A stretch of 51,128 nucleotides of DNA from an uncultured archaeon (GCA_964458565.1 CAYWJO010000023.1:1-51128); one strand, 5' to 3'. Shown: positions 28,915-38,877, numbered from the stretch's first letter. Notes: generated by a model from the letters alone, not told the origin. Made by a program: numbers and translations.

Positions 28915-29802
28915 ATGGTCGATTGGGAGGAGATCCAGACTAAGGCTAAGAAAGATATGGAATGTTGTCTCAGGATATGGTCAGAGTTACTTGAGGACTT
29001 TCTTGGAGACCGTTTAAGCTATGCCTATGCTAAGGGTTCTTGCATAAAGAAATGGGATAATCCGATAGACTATGTACCCATTTTAAGCGATGTCGATGTA
29101 CATGTGAATCTAACAGATGGTGTCAAATTGTTTCCAGAAACAACTGAATCATTCAAGAAAGCGTTAGAAATGAATAAGCTGTACGAACAGATGTTTCTAG
29201 CTGAGCGCCCAGATCATCTTCACCTGCCAAGAATGCAAATCATGACTATCAACGCACTTATTCAATCGACATCCATAGAATATGTACCCCCTCGACTAGA
29301 GGATGTTTATGTCATGAATGGAAAACCGAGTCAGGCTGAAATACCTCCAGTAGAGCGGATACGTGAGATTGATGCAGCAAAAATGGAGGAGCAGGAGGAG
29401 TTCATTCATTCCCTTCCAAATCGAATTTTTGACCGTACAGGTCTTGATTTCTGGGGTTTGATACGATGTGGAGGGCTAGGGTGGCGGGTTTCACCTTCTC
29501 CTGTAAGGCTTATTACACAAAGATATCCAGATCCCATAGAAGCTTGGAACTGGAATAGAACTCAAACCTGCAAAGTGCTTGAAGATATGGGGTATAGAAA
29601 TATTGCGAATTCGTACACCTCATTCTATGAACATGGTTGGGACTTGTTTTTATCAGACTTCAAAAACTCCAATTCATTCAGGAGCATTACATCAGAAGGA
29701 TATAATGTCTTGAAAATGTGTCTGGAGGAGGTAAGGAATATACGAGCATCTCTAAAAAATCATGACCCTCTAGCAATTAATATGCGAGAAGGATTGAGAT
29801 AA
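28915..29802 (+). CDS. Hypothetical protein with Pol-beta-type nucleotidyltransferase motif
   Basis: YAYAKGS...SDVDVHV (GS + DxD). Confidence 0.5.
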   Translation: MVDWEEIQTKAKKDMECCLRIWSELLEDFLGDRLSYAYAKGSCIKKWDNPIDYVPILSDVDVHVNLTDGVKLFPETTESFKKALEMNKLYEQMFLAERPDHLHLPRMQIMTINALIQSTSIEYVPPRLEDVYVMNGKPSQAEIPPVERIREIDAAKMEEQEEFIHSLPNRIFDRTGLDFWGLIRCGGLGWRVSPSPVRLITQRYPDPIEAWNWNRTQTCKVLEDMGYRNIANSYTSFYEHGWDLFLSDFKNSNSFRSITSEGYNVLKMCLEEVRNIRASLKNHDPLAINMREGLR

Positions 29803-29864
29803 TTTTCCTTGAAAGTGAATTGCCAAATCATCGAGAAGAAATAGTGTGGCTAAATTAAACATTC

Positions 29865-29919
29865 AAAAGATAATGTGGAAAGCGGGATTTATTCTTGCGA
29901 AATAACCCACACTTTCCAC
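29865..29919 (-). terminator. Long 3' hairpin after the NIPSNAP-like gene
   Basis: Minus strand GUGGAAAGUG...CGCUUUCCAC, inner UUAUU/AAUAA, then AUUAUCUUUU. Confidence 0.5.
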
Positions 29920-29937
29920 CACTGAACCTTACGAGGC

Positions 29938-30243
29938 TTACTTATTCATCATGGGGAGCAATTTAGTTGATTCGAAGGATGTACGAACTTCTTCAAGATG
30001 TTTACCAAGTCGAAGATATTCATCATCTTTACGGAGACTTTCGATCTTTTTCTTATAGTCGTTCTCGTCCCTATACTTGGACATGTAGAAGACTTCATTT
30101 TCATCCTCAGCATTCACCCAGAAACCTACAATATCCACCTTGTGCTTCTTGTAGATCTCCTCAAACTTCATTCGTAAATCATCCATCTCTTTACCAGATT
30201 TTGATTTTGATCGATATAACATATACATAGACATGATATTCAC
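29938..30243 (-). CDS. NIPSNAP-like protein
   Basis: F..IYKKH.VDIVGFW...EVFYM.KY; about 100 aa alpha-beta barrel pattern. Confidence 0.7.
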   Translation of the reverse strand: MNIMSMYMLYRSKSKSGKEMDDLRMKFEEIYKKHKVDIVGFWVNAEDENEVFYMSKYRDENDYKKKIESLRKDDEYLRLGKHLEEVRTSFESTKLLPMMNK

Positions 30244-30248
30244 TATAT

Positions 30249-30264
30249 ATTAACTATAGTTAAT
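30249..30264. promoter_or_regulatory. Perfect 16-bp palindrome (putative operator)
   Basis: ATTAACTATAGTTAAT between the minus-strand TATA (about 30267-30274) and the start codon. Confidence 0.65.
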
Positions 30265-30358
30265 CACTTATAATAGTTTCTGGAACTATTTAGCGAATTA
30301 AAAACATGTCCAATAAAAGCAATAACATGAATTTGCACTGATTAGACCTAGAACTTCA

Positions 30359-31249
30359 TCAAATGATATCAGAATGTCGTGGTTTCATCGCGGAATATAT
30401 TTCACCTACATCTACTCGTGCAAGAGCTACCGGCATGTGGGGAGTGTCGAAATCAAATCCTACATTCCCCTTATGATCTAACATAATTATACCAGCCTCG
30501 CCACTTGTTTTTTCTCGGAGCTCACGCATTATGAGATTGACTGCATCCTGAACTGAGTGCCCATTTTCATGGTGTAGAACTGCAATTCGAGCCATAACAA
30601 TTCGTAAAATCTGTTCTCCTCTGCCAGTACAACTTGCACCAGCTAATTCGTTAGCAAACAATCCAGACCCAATTATAGGACTATCACCAACACGTCCAGG
30701 AAGTTTTCCAGGCCAACCACTGGTCGAGGATGAAGCCGCTGTTCTGCCATGCTCATCCACTGCAACGCAACCAACGGTATCACAGCCTTGAGCCATCAAG
30801 TTTGTTTGAGTAATGAATGGCTCTATCTCTTTCCGGTACCCAGTCAGTAACATTTCAGAATAGAGTTTTTTTGCACCATCACCAACGACCTGCATTACTG
30901 GGGTCCGCTCGAGAACATATCGGGCTAAGCTAATTGGATGAAATACTTCAGTGACAGCCATTACTGCACCGCAGTCAAGGTTAGACCCATCCATGATAGC
31001 TGCGTCAAGTTCAACAACGCCATCACGATTTGGAGGAGAGGCACCTCCTGCTGCAAATAATCCTGATTCCTCTAAAATCCAAGTTGCAGCTTCCACCCCA
31101 TCAAGGGCTGAACCCCCATTTTCTAGAACACAAAGCCCCTTTTTTGCGGCTGATTTTACAACTTTTAATATTGCTTGATGCTGCTTTATTTTGAACTCCG
31201 TTGCACCTCCATGCACAATAATGACTGGCAGATTCACTCGACTTTGCAC
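30359..31249 (-). CDS. iaaA: Isoaspartyl peptidase/L-asparaginase (Ntn hydrolase)
   Basis: IVHGGA, ELDAAIMDG, D|TVGCVAVD autocleavage site, GRVGDSPIIGSG, CTGRGE. Confidence 0.93.
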   Translation of the reverse strand: MQSRVNLPVIIVHGGATEFKIKQHQAILKVVKSAAKKGLCVLENGGSALDGVEAATWILEESGLFAAGGASPPNRDGVVELDAAIMDGSNLDCGAVMAVTEVFHPISLARYVLERTPVMQVVGDGAKKLYSEMLLTGYRKEIEPFITQTNLMAQGCDTVGCVAVDEHGRTAASSSTSGWPGKLPGRVGDSPIIGSGLFANELAGASCTGRGEQILRIVMARIAVLHHENGHSVQDAVNLIMRELREKTSGEAGIIMLDHKGNVGFDFDTPHMPVALARVDVGEIYSAMKPRHSDII

Positions 31250-31340
31250 CTCCCTTGTGATTGAAAGTTCTTGGCAAAAAGGTTATCGAAAAAAAGTGGT
31301 ATTCTTAAATCAGGCCAAAGAGATACTTTTGGGGAGTTCG

Positions 31341-32380
31341 TTGGAGATAAAAACAGTAGGTAAAGTCGTTCTTGAGTATATTACATCTGATGGACAGAGA
31401 AGAAGAAAAGCGATAAGAAGAAGGGTGAAACAGCTCGATCTTTCCTCCTTGAACATAGTCACTATTGATTTGACTCCACTACGAGATTGTCCGGTATTAG
31501 TAGAATTGGATCTTACAAACAATAATCTCAAGGAGATTGATCTGTCACCATTGCGCCGAATCAAGAAACTTCAAGAAATCAAACTTAGAGATAATCAGTT
31601 CTCGAAAATAGATCTCTCACCATTGTTCTTTTGTGACTCATTGTCGATATTACGACTTGAAAGTGAAATTGATACTCTTATACATCCTATTTCTAGAAAG
31701 GCAAGTTCCAAATGCTATGATCTCATGGACATGCAAATCACACAAATGGTTGATTATACTGAATTGGTAAAGAACTAGGGTTGGGCAAAAGTGTTTGATT
31801 TGATAATGAAAATTCTACAAAATTTGAGGTCGAATCATTGGTACACAGTTCAGAAGGGCCTATTAGAAGGATTTGGCATGAATGAAATCTCAGGATTTGA
31901 TGGAAATCCACTTCATCTTTTCGAGGTTACAAAAGCAGATATGTCCTTCAACGAGGCGAAGGAAATCTTGTATCACAGAACTCTTAATCTCCTAAAGATG
32001 CAATTAGAAAAAAGTGGACCAACGTTTGGATTGGATATCGAGAAAATGGCACAAACACCTGCATCTGTCCTTGTCAAGTCAGTAATTGAAGCAAGGAAGT
32101 GGAAGTTTTAGTGATTTACATAACAGAAAAGAATGCAGATGGAAAGGGTATATGGTTCACGTACTATGGCCAGATAGTTCTAAATGAATTGAGATTCTCG
32201 CCTTATCGGAGCAACAATCCAAGCTTGGAAGAAGTGAAGTACGCTTTAGAAGGAGCTGGAATGAAGGTTAGATTGCAGAGATGTAAAGAACTTCCTGAAT
32301 TTACTCCACCTCATTCTGAAGGGTTGACAAACTATCTAATTCAAACTGCAGCTCGCGTTTCATCGAATTTCAAAGAATAG
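31341..32380 (+). pseudogene. Disrupted LRR protein gene (in-frame TAG plus frameshift)
   Basis: LRR ORF ends at TAG 31776-31778 and the same frame continues to 32111; the third piece 32099-32380 overlaps in another frame. Confidence 0.7.
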
Positions 32381-32415
32381 CAGGACTGAATTCTTCTTAT
32401 GTAAACGCTAAGTAT

Positions 32416-33309
32416 TCAATAACCCATTCTGTGGAGTTCCAGTTCTAGAAACTTACGAGTCTCAGTTAAATTATGCCATCTTTCTGCAAAGGTTTCTGCG
32501 GATATCTTTTGTTCCTTGTAGATTATTTCCAGCTCATCCAATTCAAGATTCGTTTCAGTTAATCTATCCTTGTACATCTGGACTTTAGCAGCTGCTGTAA
32601 CTTCTTCAGTATCGCTAGGTTTCTGTACTGAAATTATCTTCCCGTCCATGATTCTGTAGATTCTATCCGTCTGTCTAGCAATCGCAGGATCATGGGTTAC
32701 CACAATTACTGTCTTCCCCATTTCTTTGTTCACTCGATGCAAGAACTGAACAATCTTTGCTCCGGTGTCTGTATCTAAATCTCCTGTAGGTTCATCACAA
32801 ATGAGAATTGGAGGATCGTTAGCAAGTGCTGCGGCTATAGCAACGCGTTGTCTTTCTCCTCCACTGAGCTCATCAGGTTTATGTTGCTTTCTCAGTTCAA
32901 GACCGACTGTCTGGAGTAGTTCAGTCACGCGCTTCTTTCTTTCACTACTAGGCATCTTGAGTGCCAACATCGGTAACTCAACGTTCTCATATGCAGTAAG
33001 AGTTGGAATAAGGTTGAGTGTCTGAAAGATGTGTCCAACAACTCTCTGTCTAATAAATCCGAGTTGGGCATCAATAGCATTGGTCAGTTCATATTCACCA
33101 ACCCAAGATTGCCCCGCTGTTGCTCTTGTTAGTCCACCTAGTATATTCAGAAGTGTTGTCTTTCCGGATCCAGAAGGGCCAACGATAGCAATCATCTCAC
33201 CCTTCTCGATTTTAATGGATAAACCTCGTAATGCTTGTACTTCCAAATTACCAAGTTTGAATACTTTCAAGAGTTCCTTTGTTTCTATATAGCTAGTCAT
33301 TATATTCAC
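32416..33309 (-). CDS. ABC ATPase, LolD/MacB type, with C-terminal helical extension
   Basis: GPSGSGKT, LSGGERQR, CDEPTGDLD, VTHD. Confidence 0.92.
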   Translation of the reverse strand: MNIMTSYIETKELLKVFKLGNLEVQALRGLSIKIEKGEMIAIVGPSGSGKTTLLNILGGLTRATAGQSWVGEYELTNAIDAQLGFIRQRVVGHIFQTLNLIPTLTAYENVELPMLALKMPSSERKKRVTELLQTVGLELRKQHKPDELSGGERQRVAIAAALANDPPILICDEPTGDLDTDTGAKIVQFLHRVNKEMGKTVIVVTHDPAIARQTDRIYRIMDGKIISVQKPSDTEEVTAAAKVQMYKDRLTETNLELDELEIIYKEQKISAETFAERWHNLTETRKFLELELHRMGY

Positions 33310-36077
33310 TACTCCCTTAGAATGTCAATTCGTTCCTCTGAAAATCGAGCCGCATTTATCACGGGAATCAAGGCGGCAAGAACCACTCCAAAAACGATAG
33401 CAAGCATACTCACGATTGAAATAGGTGTCAGAATAATTTGTGGTCTGATTATTGAGGAAGAACTCTCCACGGTGTTTGATATATCACCAAACAGCTGGAT
33501 GAATCCTGTTGCAGTTCCTAATATCAAAGAAAAGAGAACCAGGACCATAACTTCTCCAGCAAGTACTGTGAGTGTTTGTCGCCAATTGAATCCTCTCACT
33601 CCTAGAAGAGTTGTTTCATACTGTTTCTCTCTCAAAGTCAATGTGATTACAAGCAATGTTCCGACAATGGCTAGAACAGCGGCAAATGTGACCCCAAGCA
33701 ATCTAGCCCTAGTCCCTCCGACTTGATAACTACTCTCTTGAGCTGCAGCGACTCTAGAAGTGAATGAATCGGTACTCTCGACTTGGGGGAACATTGATTC
33801 AACCTCAGATTCAAGAAGTGTTCCATTAACACTTGGCTCAGTGTTGACTAATACATGACCTTCTGCATAATTGATGAGACCTGTATCTTCCAAGAAATCT
33901 ATTGGGACATATGACTGATATGAACCACCGAAGGCAAATTGACCAATAATTCCCTCAAAGAGACTAGGATATCCAACAAATCCAATTATCTCCATTCTAT
34001 GTATATCACTCGCACTTGTACCTCGTAGAGTGATGAAGTTACCAACTCTAAGATCTAGTTGTCTTGCCACACTGAGAGAGAGCAAGATCTTGTTACCAGT
34101 GAAATTGGAAAAGAGTTCATCAAGCGTATCATATGAGAACCATATGTCTTCGTAGTATGCTGAATCTCGCCAATTGGATGTGTTAATACCTCGAACACCA
34201 AGCCCACTTCTTGTACTAGACATGGTGAGTCTATATTCAACAGTCAAACTCTCAACACCCTCGAGGTCTTGGATTGTATCAACCACAGAGGTCAGATTCT
34301 CACCAGATGAGAATGTAGCACTGAAGTCAGCTCCAACTGCGAACAAATGATCACGTTCGAGTCGGTCGTTCTCAGTAAAGAGAATTCCTACACTATAGAC
34401 ACCATAAGAGACTATGAGTGATATCACAAATACTAATGCCGCATTACGTACGGGATTCCGCTTTACATTCCTAGTGGAGAGTTTACCAAAAGCTCCAAAG
34501 ATTCGCACTCCTGCATTCATAACACTTTCTTGGAATTTTTCTGAGCCTTTCAGAAGAATTTTTGTTATTCCATATAAGAAGAGTATTGGTCCAGCAAAAT
34601 TGAGAAATGCATCGATTGGACTCCAAATTGCTACAACAATCAAAAGAATGAAGTTTGTACTTAAAGCAGCAGACAAGAGAGTTGAAATACTTATTCCAAG
34701 TGCCCAGACTATAATCTTGTATGTTCCAAGCACAAGTGCAATCGTAGGTAGTAGACGTTTATACTGTCTTTGTTCCTCAATGTATACGTACTGTTTCAGA
34801 CTATCAAGTGGATCTAATTTTGACGCTCGATCAGCTGGACCTCGTACAGACCAGATTGAAATGATTAGTGAGAAGAGGACCACCACAATTGCATTGACAG
34901 GATTTCGTAAAATTACACCCAATGGATCAGTCAATGGAACATTTACCACGATGTGTCCGAATACAACACCCAACACTAATCCTAGAACTCCACCAATAAT
35001 ACCAATTATCGCACCCTCAAACAATAGCATTCTCTTGATAGATTTTGGTGCAATACCTCTGGTTTGTAATAATCCAAATTCTCTGCGTCTAAGATTGTAA
35101 CTTACGTCACTCAACATTGTTGATGAATACCAAGCCATGAATAGTATTGGTACAGCCTGTACTACAAACGTAAGAACGAGAACAGTGGACGCCAACGAAG
35201 CAAATGTCAGTGTGGTACTCACCAGATTAGTTACCCGTGTGTTATAAGCCGCAGTACGATCTTCTATTTTCGAAACCGCATTAGCAATGTTTGTCGAAGA
35301 CCCTCCAATGTCAAAGGGATTTATCAGGATATCACGATTCAGCTGACAAACAAAACCACTAGTTTCTAACATCCTTGTTGTATTAGCTAAATTCGTGTAG
35401 TATTCGAGTAGAGGTTTAAATGTCAAATCCCAATCAGCTAGAAGTAAGTTGTAATTTCTCCCGTTATCCATCTCGAATTGGATAAAGCCCAAATCTATTA
35501 CAGTAGGTGGATGTAGAAGTCTAGCTGTCTGCTCAGAGATGTCTACATATCCAGCAATAGTAAGATTCACATAAATCGTCTTAGGAAAGGGAGAATCAGT
35601 TGTGAGAATCCGAACAGGAACGTGGATTGTTTCACCACTAGATAATTTTGATGCGTTCACAGAACTTGATACAATATAGGTCTCATTTGCTTGTAGGGTT
35701 AAAGAACCATTGACATGTTGAAGACCTTCCCATATTGCTGTATAAGTTTCAAGTCCTACAATTTCAAACGACTGTCCTAGCGTACTATTGTGAGTATAGG
35801 TGATTTTTGTAAATCTATCAGCAGAATTGACCTCAGGCAACTCCTCAATAATATCTTGTAATGCATCAAACTGAGGAATGGTCCATGTGATGTTATTTTC
35901 TTGAACTCGTGCATCATAATCAATTCCCTCAAGTGCATCACTGAGACTACTTGATGTCAAAACATCAGCTGAAACTAGCATGCTAGCGAAAAAAGTGGAA
36001 GCAATGAGTACACCAATAGTGAGAGACAGGAAAATCTTGTATGAGCGTGCTACTCGTTTTAGCGCGTATTTGAACAT
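33309..36077 (-). CDS. FtsX/MacB-type ABC permease (duplicated)
   Basis: RRREFGLLQTRG and REKQYETTLLGVRG motifs, two large extracytoplasmic domains. Confidence 0.9.
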   Translation of the reverse strand: MFKYALKRVARSYKIFLSLTIGVLIASTFFASMLVSADVLTSSSLSDALEGIDYDARVQENNITWTIPQFDALQDIIEELPEVNSADRFTKITYTHNSTLGQSFEIVGLETYTAIWEGLQHVNGSLTLQANETYIVSSSVNASKLSSGETIHVPVRILTTDSPFPKTIYVNLTIAGYVDISEQTARLLHPPTVIDLGFIQFEMDNGRNYNLLLADWDLTFKPLLEYYTNLANTTRMLETSGFVCQLNRDILINPFDIGGSSTNIANAVSKIEDRTAAYNTRVTNLVSTTLTFASLASTVLVLTFVVQAVPILFMAWYSSTMLSDVSYNLRRREFGLLQTRGIAPKSIKRMLLFEGAIIGIIGGVLGLVLGVVFGHIVVNVPLTDPLGVILRNPVNAIVVVLFSLIISIWSVRGPADRASKLDPLDSLKQYVYIEEQRQYKRLLPTIALVLGTYKIIVWALGISISTLLSAALSTNFILLIVVAIWSPIDAFLNFAGPILFLYGITKILLKGSEKFQESVMNAGVRIFGAFGKLSTRNVKRNPVRNAALVFVISLIVSYGVYSVGILFTENDRLERDHLFAVGADFSATFSSGENLTSVVDTIQDLEGVESLTVEYRLTMSSTRSGLGVRGINTSNWRDSAYYEDIWFSYDTLDELFSNFTGNKILLSLSVARQLDLRVGNFITLRGTSASDIHRMEIIGFVGYPSLFEGIIGQFAFGGSYQSYVPIDFLEDTGLINYAEGHVLVNTEPSVNGTLLESEVESMFPQVESTDSFTSRVAAAQESSYQVGGTRARLLGVTFAAVLAIVGTLLVITLTLREKQYETTLLGVRGFNWRQTLTVLAGEVMVLVLFSLILGTATGFIQLFGDISNTVESSSSIIRPQIILTPISIVSMLAIVFGVVLAALIPVINAARFSEERIDILRE

Positions 36078-36095
36078 CTTGCATCACATGTCCTG

Positions 36096-36124
36096 ATGTT
36101 TGATGTTTTTCAAACATCAAACAT
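36096..36124. promoter_or_regulatory. 13-bp perfect inverted repeat (putative operator)
   Basis: ATGTTTGATGTTT-TTC-AAACATCAAACAT abutting the TATA box TTTAAATA (minus strand). Confidence 0.65.
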
Positions 36125-36290
36125 ATTTAAACATTTGGGAAATTCTAGAACAGCTTACGGTATTGGAAATAGGAGATGGAGTAGAATCTCTGCATAGGTC
36201 ACCTACCAATTAAGCAGTCTAGATTTTCTTATGTTAATGTCATGAGGAACTCTAAAGAATCCGATTCCATAAGAGTAAATAAACTTGTCA

Positions 36291-38462
36291 CTAGGAGCCA
36301 CGCCGCTTATCGTATATGATAGCAACAATTAGAACAACAATCAATACAGATCCAGTCCCAATTACTACAATTGGAGCAGTAACCCAAGGATCAAGTGGGG
36401 GAGGCTCACCAGGTCTCAAGTCGATTGTGACGCTGAATGATTCAGCACGATTCAGTGCCCAATCAAACGCTACAATATAGACTTCGAAGGAAGCGTTCAA
36501 TTGAAGTGCGGGAATCGTAGTTACCCAGAGAGTTCCGTTATATTTCATAAGATGTGATGCTTCGTAATTATTGCGTGTCACGAGGACAGAGGCATTTTCA
36601 ATTCCAGAACCTGTTTCACTAATATTCGCCCATACTACGAAACTCTGATTGATAATCACAGGTCTTGTTATGTCCCATGCAAAGAATTCAGGTCGAAGAG
36701 TGTCTGTGAGTGAAGCGAAAATACGGCGTGTCCAATTATTCATGGAACGAAGAGCATCATAAGCTGATAGTGGATCATGAGCTATGAGAAAATGTGATGC
36801 ATAACGCAAGGTTCGAAGAGCATCCGAGATAATTCCCTGAGTCTTCCCAGGTATTTCAGCGGGTAGTAATGTCAGATTGGCAAGAAACTGATTCCTGATA
36901 TAGGAGTCAAATGGATCGATATAGGTGCGCCAGATCCCAGACTGTTCGAATCGTGAATATTGACCAAAACGAGTAAGTTCACCCATCAATCCGTGACTAT
37001 AGCTAGATATGAAACTATTAGAAAATAGACTCGATTTTAGTCCAAGTAGGTCTCCTACTGCTTGCAGAATTCTCTCACTGATACCGTGCAAAGGAGTACT
37101 ATCCACGATGAGGTCCAGATAATTAGAGCATATTACGCCGTTAGTTCCGTGAGTTAGATAGGTTGCATTCAATCCATTATCTGTTAATTGTAAACCATCG
37201 CCTACAAAGATGGTCATTGCAATCGAGTTCAGGTCTCCAGTTGAGGTGTCAGTAAGAAAAGACGAACCGTTTAGAAGGATACTACCAAAATCTAATGACA
37301 CATTGCTCCAAAATGTGCTATTCAAATCTGCAACATCATCGAGATTGTTGTATGACAAACTCAGCATCATATCATCGAATGGAAGAAGTGAGTTCATTTG
37401 CGCTTCTAAATAAGCATAATTTGTGATCCAAGTGTATTCCGAAATATCACGATCAATTGAGTAAATATCCACAGTCACAGACGGCAGTGTGAAAAATTCA
37501 TCGAATGTGAATGGGTTGAGATACCTCACATTCTCTACTGTATCAGGGATAAACAGTGGTTGTATGATATCTCTGCAGTAGTCAGCAAAATAATCAGCAA
37601 TCTGATTCCGCCCTGATTCTTGAGCTAGGTCTATACTCTCGAGCTTATCAACAATTGTTGTATTGAAATATTCAGGCCATGTGTCCCCAGATGGCAAGGA
37701 GTCATTGTACCATATTTTCGCCCATTCGAGATACCATTGGTCTGCAAATGGATCAAGGATGAACTTGTTGTATGTTCCTCCAAAGCTGTTGAGTTGAATA
37801 CTTTCTGGAGGATTCACAAGGAACTCGTCATACCAGTAAGTTTCGCTCGCTGAGTCAGGATTCTGATAGTCATATTCATACCAATGGAGTCCGTACGGAA
37901 GCTCCGATACAAGCTCAGTTGTATTTAGGATATAGATGACCCATCCTTCATCACCATCCTGAACCAATGGATGTTGATTGAACCATCGTTCGACCTCTGT
38001 TGCGTTGATGGATGTTCCACTTTGAGGTTCAAAGAAATCAGGAGTGCTTGTAACTCCATCTCGGTAATCAATGAGGGCTTGAGTGTCCAACTCAGTGCCA
38101 ATGTCAATACCAGATTGTGAGTTGTTTCTTAGCATGTCCATGGTTCGATTATAATACAGATCGCTTGCAAATCGGACATTATAATCCGCAAAGTGTTCTA
38201 CAGTGAGATTATCATACTCAATCGTGCTAGATGCTGGAAGCTGGTCCACAAAATAGGTCACATTCAAGATATTCGAATCATATCCAACAAAAACAATCTT
38301 GACTGGCCAGTGTCTCTCTAGCGTTGGAAGATCTACAGATAGATTGGATTTCTGAACTAAATCCGGGGCGACAAGGGATTCCATTGTTGATGCAGACGAA
38401 ATCATAAAGAGAACAGTGATTCCAACTGCAAGTATTTGAGTGAGCCTTGTCGTATGATGCAT
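36291..38462 (-). CDS. Secreted, C-terminally anchored surface protein
   Basis: Signal peptide after ATG 38462 (ORF is open from 38516), Ig-like C-terminal domain, PPP linker, TM helix followed by KRR. Confidence 0.8.
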   Translation of the reverse strand: MHHTTRLTQILAVGITVLFMISSASTMESLVAPDLVQKSNLSVDLPTLERHWPVKIVFVGYDSNILNVTYFVDQLPASSTIEYDNLTVEHFADYNVRFASDLYYNRTMDMLRNNSQSGIDIGTELDTQALIDYRDGVTSTPDFFEPQSGTSINATEVERWFNQHPLVQDGDEGWVIYILNTTELVSELPYGLHWYEYDYQNPDSASETYWYDEFLVNPPESIQLNSFGGTYNKFILDPFADQWYLEWAKIWYNDSLPSGDTWPEYFNTTIVDKLESIDLAQESGRNQIADYFADYCRDIIQPLFIPDTVENVRYLNPFTFDEFFTLPSVTVDIYSIDRDISEYTWITNYAYLEAQMNSLLPFDDMMLSLSYNNLDDVADLNSTFWSNVSLDFGSILLNGSSFLTDTSTGDLNSIAMTIFVGDGLQLTDNGLNATYLTHGTNGVICSNYLDLIVDSTPLHGISERILQAVGDLLGLKSSLFSNSFISSYSHGLMGELTRFGQYSRFEQSGIWRTYIDPFDSYIRNQFLANLTLLPAEIPGKTQGIISDALRTLRYASHFLIAHDPLSAYDALRSMNNWTRRIFASLTDTLRPEFFAWDITRPVIINQSFVVWANISETGSGIENASVLVTRNNYEASHLMKYNGTLWVTTIPALQLNASFEVYIVAFDWALNRAESFSVTIDLRPGEPPPLDPWVTAPIVVIGTGSVLIVVLIVAIIYDKRRGS

Positions 38463-38547
38463 GTCTATCTTGAGAAATTGATTCATTTCCTTAATTAAGG
38501 ACGACTCTTCATGCATTCACTTGCTAAAAAATGGAATAAAGAAGAAA

Positions 38548-38725
38548 AGGTGGGCACAGTCTGAAGGCAATGCAACGCTTGCCGCGCCACCACCTAAATT
38601 TTTTCTGCGTCGCATTCCGAAATGACCGTTTTGGATCAATTCGCAAGACTTTCACCGCACGCCAAAGTGAAATAGTCGGCCCGCATATCATACTGTGCCC
38701 TTAGCGTTGAGGTGGATTGCGTGCT
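38548..38725 (-). ncRNA. Unclassified structured non-coding RNA candidate (~175 nt)
   Basis: 9-bp closing stem GGGCACAGT/ACTGTGCCC, three internal hairpins whose G-U pairs fit only the minus strand, TTTAAG box at 38745-38750, U-rich tract downstream. Confidence 0.65.
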
Positions 38726-38877
38726 TTCTCCATAACAACAGTTGCTTAAATGCATTTGTAAGTTTTGGTACCCGCGCGAATGTTGCATGGAGACCAATTC
38801 TTGCAACTAGACATAATAGCAACTATTAGTTCATAATATTATCATCTTCGGTCAATATAAGATATTCGGTGATTTAT

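Noticed and set aside
34414-35100. 228-aa antisense ORF and other shadow ORFs (e.g. 48297-48773, 49933-50418, 18355-18777)
   Set aside because: They lie entirely opposite well-supported genes and show no motifs
38535-38692. ~55-codon ORF (MICGPTISLW...) through the ncRNA candidate, and a 10-codon ORF MEKARNPPQR just upstream
   Set aside because: No recognisable motif or RBS, odd composition; base-pairing explains the sequence better
38552-38700. tRNA, RNase P, 5S, group II intron D5, C/D box or SECIS identity for the structured RNA
   Set aside because: Only fragments resemble them (GUGCGGUGAAAGUC, CAUUCCGAA, AUGAUAU..CAGA); there is no T-loop, CR-V, complete D5 helix or correct SECIS geometry
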